Assembly (NCBI GenBank): GCA_964016885.1
Contig: OZ024740.1
Span: forward strand, 401,450,001-401,514,000
Direction: 5' to 3'
DNA length: 64,000 nucleotides
Origin: Eledone cirrhosa
Lineage: Eukaryota
Within the stretch, counting starts at the first letter, position 1. Every line of letters begins with the position of its first letter. The position numbers and the translations under genes were made by a program. The notes under the pieces are model-generated. The model was not told the origin of the DNA, searched no databases, and saw nothing but the letters and a program-made list of their open reading frames with translations. Shown here in pieces: positions 1-14,700 of the stretch.

Positions 1-519
1 AAGTATAGAACACTATGTAGAGTCAGTACAGTATAGAACACTATGTAGAATCAGTACAACATAGAACACTACGTAGAATCAGTACAATATAGACTACTAT
101 GCAGAATCAGTACAGTATAGAACACTATGTAGTATCAGTACAACATAGAACACTATGTATAATCAGTACAGTATAGACCACTATGTAGAATCACTAAAAC
201 ATTGAACACTATGTAGAATCTACACAACATAGAACACAATGTAGAATCACTACACTATAGAACACTATGTAGAATCAGTATAACATAGAACACTATGTAG
301 AATCAGTACACTATAGAACACTATGTAGAATCAGTACAACATAGAACTTTATGTATAATCAGTACAACATACAACACTATGTAGAATCAGTACAGTATAG
401 AACACTATGTAGAATCAGTACTGTATAGAACACGATGTAGAATCAGTACATTATAGAACACTATGTAGAATATGTGCATCATAGAACACTATGTAGAATC
501 AGTACAGTAGAGAACACTA

Positions 520-1750
520 TGTAGAAACAGTACAGTTTAGACTACTATGCAGAATCAGTACAGTGTAGAACACTATGTAGAATCACTACAGTATAGAACA
601 CTATGTAGAATCAGTACAATATAGAACACTATGTAGAATCAGTAAGTATAGAACACTATGTAGAATCAGGACAGTATATGACACTATTTAGAATCAGTAC
701 ACTATAGAACACTATGTAAAATTAGTACAACATAGAACACTATGTAGAATCGGTACAGTAGAGAACACTATGTAGAATCAGTACAACATAGAACACTATG
801 TAGAATATGTGCATCATAGAACACTATGTAGAATCAGTACAGTAGAGAACACTATATAGAATCAGTACAATATAGAACACTATGTAGAATCAGTACAACA
901 TAGAACACTATGTAGAATATGTGCATCATAGAACACTATGTAGAATCAGTACAGTAGAGAACACTATATAGAATCAGTACAACATAGAACACTATGTAGA
1001 ATCAGTACAACATAGAACACTATGCAGAATCAGTACAACATAGAACAATATGTAGAATCAGTACAACATAGAACACCATTTAGATTCAACACAACATAGA
1101 ACATTACGTAGAATCAGTTCAACATAGAACACTATGTAGAATCAGTACAGTATATAACACTATGTAGAAACAGTACAGTTTAGACTACTATGCAGAATCA
1201 GTACAGTGTAGAACACTATGTAGAATCACTACAGTATAGAACACTATGTAGAATCAGTACAATATAGAACACTATGTAGAATCAGTAAGTATAGAACACT
1301 ATGTAGAATCAGTACAGTATATGACACTATTTAGAATCAGTACACTATAGAACACTATGTAAAATCAGTACAACATAGAACACTATGTAGAATCGGTACA
1401 GTATAGAACACTATGTAGAATCAGTACAACATAGAACACTATGTAGAGTATGTGCATCATAGAACACTATGTAGAATCAGTACAGTAGAGAACACTATAT
1501 AGAATCAGAACAACATAGAACACTATGTAGAATCAGTACAACATAGAACACTATGTAGAATCAGTACAACATAGAACACTATGTAGAATCAGTACAACAT
1601 AGAACAATATGTAGAATCAGTACAACATAGAACACCATTTAGATTCAACACAACATAGAACATTACGTAGAATCAGTTCAACATAGAACACTATGTAGAA
1701 TCAGTACAGTATAGAACACTATGTAGAATCAGTACAGTATATAACACTAT
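520..1750. repeat. Local tandem duplication of a ~23-monomer block (offset 643 bp at its start)
   Basis: Diagnostic GTAGAAACAGTACAGTTTAG occurs at 521 and 1164 (643 = 23x28-1). Both are followed by the same ordered variants (CAGTGTAG, AGTAAGTAT, ATATGACAC, TCGGTAC, CACCATTTAGATTC). The second copy is shorter by a few monomers. Confidence 0.8.
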
Positions 1751-4700
1751 ATAGAATCAGTACAATATAGAACACTATGTATAATCAGTAAAGTATAGAC
1801 CACTATGTAGAATCACTAAAACATTGAACACTATGTAGAATCAACACAACATAGAACACTATGTAGAATTAGTACACTATAGAACACTATGTAGAATCAG
1901 TAAAACATAGAACACTATGTAGAATCAGTACAACATAGAACACTATGTAGAATCAGTACAACATATAACACTATGTAGAATCAGCACAGCATAGAACACT
2001 ATGTAGAATCAGTACAGTATAGAACACTATGTAGAATTAATACAACAGAGAACACTATGTAGAATCAGTACATTATAGACTACTATGCAGAATCAGTACA
2101 GTATATAACACTATGTAGAATCAGTTCAACATAGAACACTATGTATAATTAGTAAAACACAGAACACTATGTAGAATCAGTACAGTATAGAACACTATGT
2201 AGAATGAGTTCAACATAGAACACTATGTAGAATAAGTACAACATAGAACACTATGTAGAATGAGTACAACATAGACCACTATGTAGAATCAGTACTGTAT
2301 AAACACTATGTAGAATCAGTACAACATAGAACACTATGTAGAATCAGTACAATATAGAACACTATGTATAATCAGTACAGTAGAGAGCACTATGTAGAAT
2401 CAGTACAACATAGAAAACTATGTAGAACCAATACAACATAGAACACTATGTAGAATGAGTACAACATAGACCACTATGTAGAATCAGTACTGTATAAACA
2501 CTATGTAGAATCAGTACAACATAGAACACTATGTAGAATCAGTACAGTATAGAACACTATGTAGATTCAGTACAGTATAGAACATTATGTAGAATCAGTA
2601 CAGTATAGAACACTATGTAGAATCAGTACAGTATAGAACACTATGTAGAATCAGTACAACATAGAACACTATGTAGAATCTGAGCATCATAGAACACTAT
2701 GTAGAATCAGTACAGTAGAGTACACTATGTAGAATCAGTACGGTATAGAACACTATGTAGAATCAGTACAACATAGAACACTATGTATAATCAGTACTGT
2801 ATAGAACACTATATAAAATCAGTACAACATAGAACACTATGTAGAATCAGTACAACATAGAACACTATGTAGATTCAGTACAGTATAGAACACTATGCAG
2901 AATCAGTACAACATAGAACATTATGTAGAAAAAGTAGATCATAGAAGACTATGTAGAATCAGTACAGTAGAGAGCACTATGTAAAATCAGTACAACATAG
3001 AATATTACGTAGAATCAGTACAACATAGAACACTATGTAGAATCAGTACAGTATAGAACACTATGTAGAATCAGTACAGTATAGACTACTATGTAGAATC
3101 ACTAAAACAATGAACACTATGTAGAATCAACACAACATAGAACACTATGTAGAATCAGTACACTATAGAACACTATGTAGAATCAGTACAACATAGAACA
3201 CTATTTAGAATCAGTACAACATAGAACACTATGTAGAATCAGTACAACATAGAACACTATGTAGAATCAGCACAGCATAGAACACTATGTAGAATCAGTA
3301 CAGTATAGAACACTATGTAGAATCAGTACAACATAGAACACTATGTAGAATCAGTACAGTATAGACAACTATGCAGAATCAGTTCAGTATAGAACACTAT
3401 GTAGAATCAGTACAACATAGAACACTATGTATAATCAGTACAGTATAAACCACTATGTAGAATCACTAAAACATTGAACCCTATGTAGAATCAACACAAC
3501 ATAGAACACTATGTATCATCAATACAACATAGAACACTATGTAGAATCAGTACAACATAGAACACTATGTAGAATCAGTACAGTATAGTACACACTATGT
3601 AGAATCATTACAACATAGAACATTATGTATAATCAGTACATCATATAACACTATGTAGAATCAGTACAATATATAACACTATGTAGAATCAGTACAGTAT
3701 AGAACACGATGTAGAATCAGCACATTATAGAACACTATGTAGAATATGTGCATCATAGAACACTATGTAGAATTAGTACAGTAGAGAACACTATGTAGAA
3801 ACAGTACAGTTTAGACTACTATGCAGAATCAGTACAGTGTAGAACACTATGTAGAATCACTACAGTATAGAACACTATGTAGAATCAGTACAATATAGAA
3901 CACTATGTAGAATCAGTAAGTATAGAACACTATGTAGAATCAGTACAGTATATGACACTATTTAGAATCAGTACACTATAGAAAACTATGTAAAATCAGT
4001 ACAACATAGAACACTATGTAGAATCGGTACAGTATAGAACACTATGTAGAATCAGTACAACATAGAACACTATGTAGAATATGTGCATCATAGAACACTA
4101 TGTAGAATCAGTACAGTAGAGAACACTATATAGAATCAGTACAATATAGAACACTATGTAGAATCAGTACAACATAGAACACTATGTAGGATATGTGCAT
4201 CATAGAACACTATGTAGAATCAGTACAGTAGAGAACACTATATAGAATCAGTACAACATAGAACACTATATAGAATCAGTACAACATAGAACACTATGTA
4301 GAATCAGTACAACATAGAACACTATGTAGAATCAGTACAACATAGAACAATATGTAGAATCTGTACAACATAGAACACCATTTAGATTCAACACAACATA
4401 GAACATTACGTAGAATCAGTTCAACATAGAACACTATGTAGAATCAGTACAGTATAGAACACTATGTAGAATCAGTACAGTATATAACACTATATAGAAT
4501 CAGTAAAATATTGAACACTATGTATAATCAGTACAGTATAGACTACTATCCAGAATCATTACAGTATAGAACACTATGTAGAATCACTACAGTATAGAAC
4601 ACTATTTAGAATCAGTACAATATAGAACACTATGTAGAATCAGTAAGTATAGAACACTATGTAGAATCAGTACAGTATAGAACACTATGTAGAATCAGTA

Positions 4701-5799
4701 CAACATAGAACACTATGTAGAATCAGTACAGTATAGACTACTATGCAGAATCAGTACAGTATAGAACACTATGTAGTATCAGTACAATATAGAACACTAT
4801 GTATTATCAGTACAGTATAGACCACTATGTAGAATCACTAAAACATTGAACACTATGTAGAATCTACACAACATAGAACACAATGTAGAATTACTACACT
4901 ATAGAACACTATGCAGAATCAGTACAACATAGAACACTATTTAGAATCAGCACAACATAGAACACTATGTAGAATCAATACAACATAGAACACTATGTAG
5001 AATCAGTACAACATAGAACACTATGTAGAATCAGTACAGTATAGAACACTATGTAGAATCAGTACAGTATAGAACACGATGTAGAATCAGTACATTATAG
5101 AAAACTATGTAGAATATGTGCATCATAGAACACTATGTAGAATCAGTACAGTAGAGAACACTATGTAGAAACAGTACAGTTTAGACTACTATGCAGAATC
5201 AGTACAGTGTAGAACACTATGTAGAATCACTACAGTATAGAACACTATGTAGAATCAGTACAATATAGAACACTATGTAGAATCAGTAAGTATAGAACAC
5301 TATGTAGAATCAGTACAGTATATGACACAATTTAGAATCAGTACACTATAGAACACTATGTAAAATCAGTACAACATAGAACACTATGTAGAATCGGTAC
5401 AGTATAGAACACTATGTAGAATCAGTACAACATACAACACTATGTAGAATATGTGCATCATAGAACACTATGTAGAATCAGTACAGTAGAGAACACTATA
5501 TAGGATCAGTACAATATAGAACACTATGTAGAATCAGTACAACATAGAACACTATGTAGAATATGTGCATCATAGAACACTATGTAGAATCAGTACAGTA
5601 GGGAACACTATATAGAATCAGTACAACATAGAACACTATGTAGAATCAGTACAACATAGAACACTATGTAGAATCAGTACAACATAGAACACTATGTAGA
5701 ATCAGTACAACATAGAACAATATGTAGAATCAGTACAACATAGAACACCATTTAGATTCAACACAACATAGAACATTACGTAGAATCAGTTCAACATAG

Positions 5800-8700
5800 A
5801 ACACTATGTAGAATCAGTACAGTATAGAACACTATGTAGAATCAGTACAGTATATAACACTATATAGAATCAGTACAATATAGAACACTATGTATAATCA
5901 GTACAGTATAGACCACTATGTAGAATCACTAAAACATTGAACACTATGTAGAATCAACACAACATAGAACACTATGTAGAATTAGTACACTATAGAACAC
6001 TATGTAGAATCAGTAAAACATAGAACACTATGTAGAATCAGTACAATATAGAACACTATGTAGAATCAGTACAACATAGAACACTATGTAGAATCAGCAC
6101 AGCATAGAACACTATGTAGAATCAGTACAGTATAGAACACTATGTAGAATTAATACAACAGAGAACACTATGTAGAATCAGTACATTATAGACTACTATG
6201 CAGAATCAGTACAGTATAGAACACTATGTAGAATCAGTTCAACATAGAACACTATGTATAATTAGTAAAACACAGAACACTATGTAGAATCAGTACAGTA
6301 TAGAACACTATGTAGAATCAGTTCAACATAGAACACTATGTAGAATAAGTACAACATAGAACACTATGTAGAATCAGTACCATATAGAACACTATGTATA
6401 ATCAGTACAGTATAGACCACTATGTAGAATCACTAAAATATTGAACACTGTGTAGAATCAACACAACATAGAACACTATGTAGAATCAATACAACATAGA
6501 ACACTATGTATAATCAGTACAACATAGAACACTATGTAGAATCAGTACAGTATAGAACACTATGTATAATCAGTACAACATAGAACATTATGTATAATCA
6601 GTACATCATATAACACTATGTAGAATCAGTACAGTATAGAACACTATGTAGAATCAGTACAGTATAGAACACTATGTAGAATGAGTACGTTATAGAACAC
6701 TATGTAGAATATGTGCATCATAGAACACTATGTAGAATCAGTACAGTAGAGAACACTATGTAGAATCAGTACAACATAGAACACTATGTATAATCAGTAC
6801 AGTATAAACCGCTATGTAGAATCAGTACAACATAGAACATTATGTATAATCAGTACATCATATAACACTATGTAGAATCAGTACAGTATAGAACACTATG
6901 TAGAATCAGTACAATATAGAACACTATGTAGAATCAGTACGTTATAGAACACTATGTAGAATATGTGCATCATAGAACACTATGTAGAATCAGTACAGTA
7001 GAGAACACTATGTAGAATCAGTACAGTATAGACTACTATCCAGAATCATTACAGTATAGAACACTATGTAGAATCACTACAGTATAGAACACTATGTAGA
7101 ATCAATAAAACATAGAACACTATGTAGAATCAGTACAACATAGAACACTATGTAGAATCAGTACAGTATAGTACACACTATGTAGAATCAGTACAACATA
7201 GAACATTATGTATAATCAGTACATCATATAACACTATGTAGAATCAGTACAGTATAGAACACTATGTAGAATCAGTACAATATAGAACACTATGTAGAAT
7301 CAGTACGTTATAGAACACTATGTAGAATATGTGCATCATAGAACACTATGTAGAATCAGTACAGTAGAGAACACTATGTAGAATCAGTACAGTATAGACT
7401 ACTATCCAGAATCATTACAGTATAGAACACTATGTAGAATCACTACAGTATAGAACACTATTTAGAATCAGTACAATATAGAACACTATGTAGAATCAGT
7501 AAGTATAGAACACTATGTAGAATCAGTACAGTATAGAACACTATGTAGAATCAGTACAACATAGAACACTATGTAGAATCGGTACAGTATAGACTACTAT
7601 GCAGAATCAGTACAGTATAGAACACTATGTAGTATCAGTACAACATAGAACACTATGTATAATCAGTACAGTATAGAACACTATGTAGAATCACTAAAAC
7701 ATTGAACACTATGTAGAATCAACACAACATAGAACACAATGTAGAATCACTACACTATAGAACACTATGTAGAATCAGTACAACATAGAACACTATTTAG
7801 AATCAGCACAACATAGAACACTATGTAGAATCAATACAACATAGAGCACTATGTAGAATCAGTACACTATAGAACACTATGTAGAATCAGTACAAGATAG
7901 AACTTTATGTATAATCAGTACAACATATAACACTATGTAGAATCAGTACAGTATAGAACACTATGTAGAATCAGTACAGTATAGAACACGATGTAGAATC
8001 AGTACATTATAGAACACTATGTAGAATATCTGCATCATAGAACACTATGTAGAATCAGTACAGTAGAGAGCACTATGTAGAATCAGTTCAGTATATAACA
8101 CTATGTAGAATCAGTACAGTAGAGAGCACTATGTAGAATCAGTACAGCATAGAACACTATGTATATTCAGTACAGTATATAACACTATGTAGAATCAGTA
8201 CAACATAGAACACTATGTAGAATCAGTACACTATAGAACACTATGTAGAATCAGTACAACATAGAACACTATGTAGAATCAGCACAGCATAGAACACTAT
8301 GTAGAATCAGTACAGTATAGAACACTATGTAGAATTAATACAACAGAGAACACTATGTAGAATCAGTACATTATAGACTACTATGCAGAATCAGTACAGT
8401 ATAGAACACTATGTAGAATCAGTTCAACATAGAACACTATGTATAATTAGTAAAACACAGAACACTATGTAGAATCAGTACAGTATAGAACACTATGTAG
8501 AATCAGTTCAACATAGAACACTATGTAGAATAAGTACAACATAGAACACTATGTAGAATCAGTACAATATAGAACACTATGTATAATCAGTACAGTATAG
8601 ACCACTATGTAGAATCACTAAAATATTGAACACTGTGTAGAATCAACACAACATAGAACACTATGTAGAATCAATACAACATAGAACACTATGTAGAATA

Positions 8701-11700
8701 AGTACAACATAGAACACTATGTAGAATCAGTACAGTATAGAACACTATGTATAATCAGTACAACATAGAACATTATGTATAATCAGTACATCATATAACA
8801 CTATGTAGAATCAGTACAGTATAGAACACTATGTAGAATCAGTACAGTATAGAACACTATGTAGAATGAGTACGTTATAGAACACTATGTAGAATATGTG
8901 CATCATAGAACACTATGTAGAATCAGTACAGTAGAGAACACTATGTAGAATCAGTACAACATAGAACACTATGTATAATCAGTACAGTATAAACCACTAT
9001 GTAGAATCAGTACAACATAGAACATTATGTATAATCAGTACATCATATAACACTATGTAGAATCAGTACAGTATAGAACACTATGTAGAATCAGTACAAT
9101 ATAGAACACTATGTAGAATCAGTACGTTATAGAACACTATGTAGAATATGTGCATCATAGAACACTATGTAGAATCAGTACAGTAGAGAACACTATGTAG
9201 AATCAGTACAGTATAGACTACTATCCAGAATCATTACAGTATAGAACACTATGTAGAATCACTACAGTATAGAACACTATGTAGAATCAATACAACATAG
9301 AACACTATGTAGAATCAGTACAACATAGAACACTATGTAGAATCAGTACAGTATAGTACACACTATGTAGAATCAGTACAACATAGAACATTATGTATAA
9401 TCAGTACATCATATAACACTATGTAGAATCAGTACAGTATAGAACACTATGTAGAATCAGTACAATATAGAACACTATGTAGAATCAGTACGTTATAGAA
9501 CACTATGTAGAATATGTGCATCATAGAACACTATGTAGAATCAGTACAGTAGAGAACACTATGTAGAATCAGTACAGTATAGACTACTATCCAGAATCAT
9601 TACCGTATAGAACACTATGTAGAATCACTACAGTATAGAACACTATTTAGAATCAGTACAATATAGAACACTATGTAGAATCAGTAAGTATAGAACACTA
9701 TGTAGAATCAGTACAGTATAGAAAACTATGTAGAATCAGTACAACATAGAACACTATGTAGAATCAGTACAGTATAGACTACTATGCAGAATCAGTACAG
9801 TATAGAACACTATGTAGTATCAGTACAACATAGAACACTATGTATAATCAGTACAGTATAGAACACTATGTAGAATCACTAAAACATTGAACACTATGTA
9901 GAATCAACACAACATAGAACACAATGTAGAATCACTACACTATAGAACACTATGTAGAATCAGTACAACATAGAACACTATTTAGAATCAGCACAACATA
10001 GAACACTATGTAGAATCAATACAACATAGAACACTATGTAGAATCAGTACACTATAGAACACTATGTAGAATCAGTACAAGATAGAACTTTATGTATAAT
10101 CAGTACAACATATAACACTATGTAGAATCAGTACAGTATAGAACACTATGTAGAATCAGTACAGTATAGAACACGATGTAGAATCAGTACATTATAGAAC
10201 ACTATGTAGATTATCTGCATCATAGAACACTATGTAGAATCAGTACAGTAGAGAGCACTATGTAGAATCAGTTCAGTATATAACACTATGTAGAATCAGT
10301 ACGGTAGAGAGCACTATGTAGAATCAGTACAGCATAGAACACTATGTATATTCAGTACAGTATATAACACTATGTAGAATCAGTACAACATAGGACACTA
10401 TGTAGAATCAGTACACTATAGAACACTATGTAGAATCAGTACAGTATAGAACACTATGTAGAATCAGTACAGTATATAACACTATATAGAATCAGTACAA
10501 TATAGAACACTATGTATAATCAGTACAGTATAGACCACTATGTAGAATCACTAAAACATTGAACACTATGTAGAATCAACACAACATAGAACACTATGTA
10601 GAATTAGTACACTATAGAACACTATGTAGAATCAGTAAAACATAGAACACTATGTAGAATCAGTACAACATAGAACACTATGTAGAATCAGTACAACATA
10701 GAACACTATGTAGAATCAGCACAGCATAGAACACTATGTAGAATCAGTACAGTATAGAACACTATGTAGAATTAATACAACAGAGAACACTATGTAGAAT
10801 CAGTACATTATAGACTACTATACAGAATCAGTACAGTATAGAACACTATGTAGAATCAGTTCAACATAGAACACTATGTATAATTAGTAAAACACAGAAC
10901 ACTATGTAGAATCAGTACAGTATAGAACACTATGTAGAATCAGTTCAACATAGAACACTATGTAGAATAAGTACAACATAGAACACTATGTAGAATCAGT
11001 ACCATATAGAACACTATGTATAATCAGTACAGTATAGACCACTATGTAGAATCACTAAAATATTGAACACTGTGTAGAATCAACACAACATAGAACACTA
11101 TGTAGAATCAATACAACATAGAACACTATGTATAATCAGTACAACATAGAACACTATGTAGAATCAGTACAGTATAGAACACTATGTATAATCAGTACAA
11201 CATAGAACATTATGTATAATCAGTACATCATATAACACTATGTAGAATCAGTACAGTATAGAACACTATGTAGAATCAGTACAGTATAGAACACTATGTA
11301 GAATGAGTACGTTATAGAACACTATGTAGAATATGTGCATCATAGAACACTATGTAGAATCAGTACAGTAGAGAACACTATGTAGAATCAGTACAACATA
11401 GAACACTATGTATAATCAGTACAGTATAAACCGCTATGTAGAATCAGTACAACATAGAACATTATGTATAATCAGTACATCATATAACACTATGTAGAAT
11501 CAGTACAGTATAGAACACTATGTAGAATCAGTACAATATAGAACACTATGTAGAATCAGTACGTTATAGAACACTATGTAGAATATGTGCATCATAGAAC
11601 ACTATGTAGAATCAGTACAGTAGAGAACACTATGTAGAATCAGTACAGTATAGACTACTATCCAGAATCATTACAGTATAGAACACTATGTAGAATCACT

Positions 11701-14700
11701 ACAGTATAGAACACTATGTAGAATCAATAAAACATAGAACACTATGTAGAATCAGTACAACATAGAACACTATGTAGAATCAGTACAGTATAGTACACAC
11801 TATGTAGAATCAGTACAACATAGAACATTATGTATAATCAGTACATCATATAACACTATGTAGAATCAGTACAGTATAGAACACTATGTAGAATCAGTAC
11901 AATATAGAACACTATGTAGAATCAGTACGTTATAGAACACTATGTAGAATATGTGCATCATAGAACACTATGTAGAATCAGTACAGTAGAGAACACTATG
12001 TAGAATCAGTACAGTATAGACTACTATCCAGAATCATTACAGTATAGAACACTATGTAGAATCACTACAGTATAGAACACTATTTAGAATCAGTACAATA
12101 TAGAACACTATGTAGAATCAGTAAGTATAGAACACTATGTAGAATCAGTACAGTATAGAACACTATGTAGAATCAGTACAACATAGAACACTATGTAGAA
12201 TCGGTACAGTATAGACTACTATGCAGAATCAGTACAGTATAGAACACTATGTAGTATCAGTACAACATAGAACACTATGTATAATCAGTACAGTATAGAA
12301 CACTATGTAGAATCACTAAAACATTGAACACTATGTAGAATCAACACAACATAGAACACAATGTAGAATCACTACACTATAGAACACTATGTAGAATCAG
12401 TACAACATAGAACACTATTTAGAATCAGCACAACATAGAACACTATGTAGAATCAATACAACATAGAGCACTATGTAGAATCAGTACACTATAGAACACT
12501 ATGTAGAATCAGTACAAGATAGAACTTTATGTATAATCAGTACAACATATAACACTATGTAGAATCAGTACAGTATAGAACACTATGTAGAATCAGTACA
12601 GTATAGAACACGATGTAGAATCAGTACATTATAGAACACTATGTAGAATATCTGCATCATAGAACACTATGTAGAATCAGTACAGTAGAGAGCACTATGT
12701 AGAATCAGTTCAGTATATAACACTATGTAGAATCAGTACAGTAGAGAGCACTATGTAGAATCAGTACAGCATAGAACACTATGTATATTCAGTACAGTAT
12801 ATAACACTATGTAGAATCAGTACAACATAGAACACTATGTAGAATCAGTACACTATAGAACACTATGTAGAATCAGTACAACATAGAACACTATGTAGAA
12901 TCAGCACAGCATAGAACACTATGTAGAATCAGTACAGTATAGAACACTATGTAGAATTAATACAACAGAGAACACTATGTAGAATCAGTACATTATAGAC
13001 TACTATGCAGAATCAGTACAGTATAGAACACTATGTAGAATCAGTTCAACATAGAACACTATGTATAATTAGTAAAACACAGAACACTATGTAGAATCAG
13101 TACAGTATAGAACACTATGTAGAATCAGTTCAACATAGAACACTATGTAGAATAAGTACAACATAGAACACTATGTAGAATCAGTACAATATAGAACACT
13201 ATGTATAATCAGTACAGTATAGACCACTATGTAGAATCACTAAAATATTGAACACTGTGTAGAATCAACACAACATAGAACACTATGTAGAATCAATACA
13301 ACATAGAACACTATGTAGAATAAGTACAACATAGAACACTATGTAGAATCAGTACAGTATAGAACACTATGTATAATCAGTACAACATAGAACATTATGT
13401 ATAATCAGTACATCATATAACACTATGTAGAATCAGTACAGTATAGAACACTATGTAGAATCAGTACAGTATAGAACACTATGTAGAATGAGTACGTTAT
13501 AGAACACTATGTAGAATATGTGCATCATAGAACACTATGTAGAATCAGTACAGTAGAGAACACTATGTAGAATCAGTACAACATAGAACACTATGTATAA
13601 TCAGTACAGTATAAACCACTATGTAGAATCAGTACAACATAGAACATTATGTATAATCAGTACATCATATAACACTATGTAGAATCAGTACAGTATAGAA
13701 CACTATGTAGAATCAGTACAATATAGAACACTATGTAGAATCAGTACGTTATAGAACACTATGTAGAATATGTGCATCATAGAACACTATGTAGAATCAG
13801 TACAGTAGAGAACACTATGTAGAATCAGTACAGTATAGACTACTATCCAGAATCATTACAGTATAGAACACTATGTAGAATCACTACAGTATAGAACACT
13901 ATGTAGAATCAATACAACATAGAACACTATGTAGAATCAGTACAACATAGAACACTATGTAGAATCAGTACAGTATAGTACACACTATGTAGAATCAGTA
14001 CAACATAGAACATTATGTATAATCAGTACATCATATAACACTATGTAGAATCAGTACAGTATAGAACACTATGTAGAATCAGTACAATATAGAACACTAT
14101 GTAGAATCAGTACGTTATAGAACACTATGTAGAATATGTGCATCATAGAACACTATGTAGAATCAGTACAGTAGAGAACACTATGTAGAATCAGTACAGT
14201 ATAGACTACTATCCAGAATCATTACCGTATAGAACACTATGTAGAATCACTACAGTATAGAACACTATTTAGAATCAGTACAATATAGAACACTATGTAG
14301 AATCAGTAAGTATAGAACACTATGTAGAATCAGTACAGTATAGAAAACTATGTAGAATCAGTACAACATAGAACACTATGTAGAATCAGTACAGTATAGA
14401 CTACTATGCAGAATCAGTACAGTATAGAACACTATGTAGTATCAGTACAACATAGAACACTATGTATAATCAGTACAGTATAGAACACTATGTAGAATCA
14501 CTAAAACATTGAACACTATGTAGAATCAACACAACATAGAACACAATGTAGAATCACTACACTATAGAACACTATGTAGAATCAGTACAACATAGAACAC
14601 TATTTAGAATCAGCACAACATAGAACACTATGTAGAATCAATACAACATAGAACACTATGTAGAATCAGTACACTATAGAACACTATGTAGAATCAGTAC

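Noticed and set aside
150-170. TATAAT (-10 box-like) hexamers, here and at many other positions
   Set aside because: They are a recurrent G-to-T variant of TAGAAT inside the monomer, with no -35 element or downstream gene.
2990-3010. Resemblance of AACATAGAA(C/T) to the Drosophila AATAACATAG (Prodsat) and AATAG/AACAC satellites
   Set aside because: A 9-10-bp match in AT-rich sequence is expected by chance, and the periodicity here is 28 bp.
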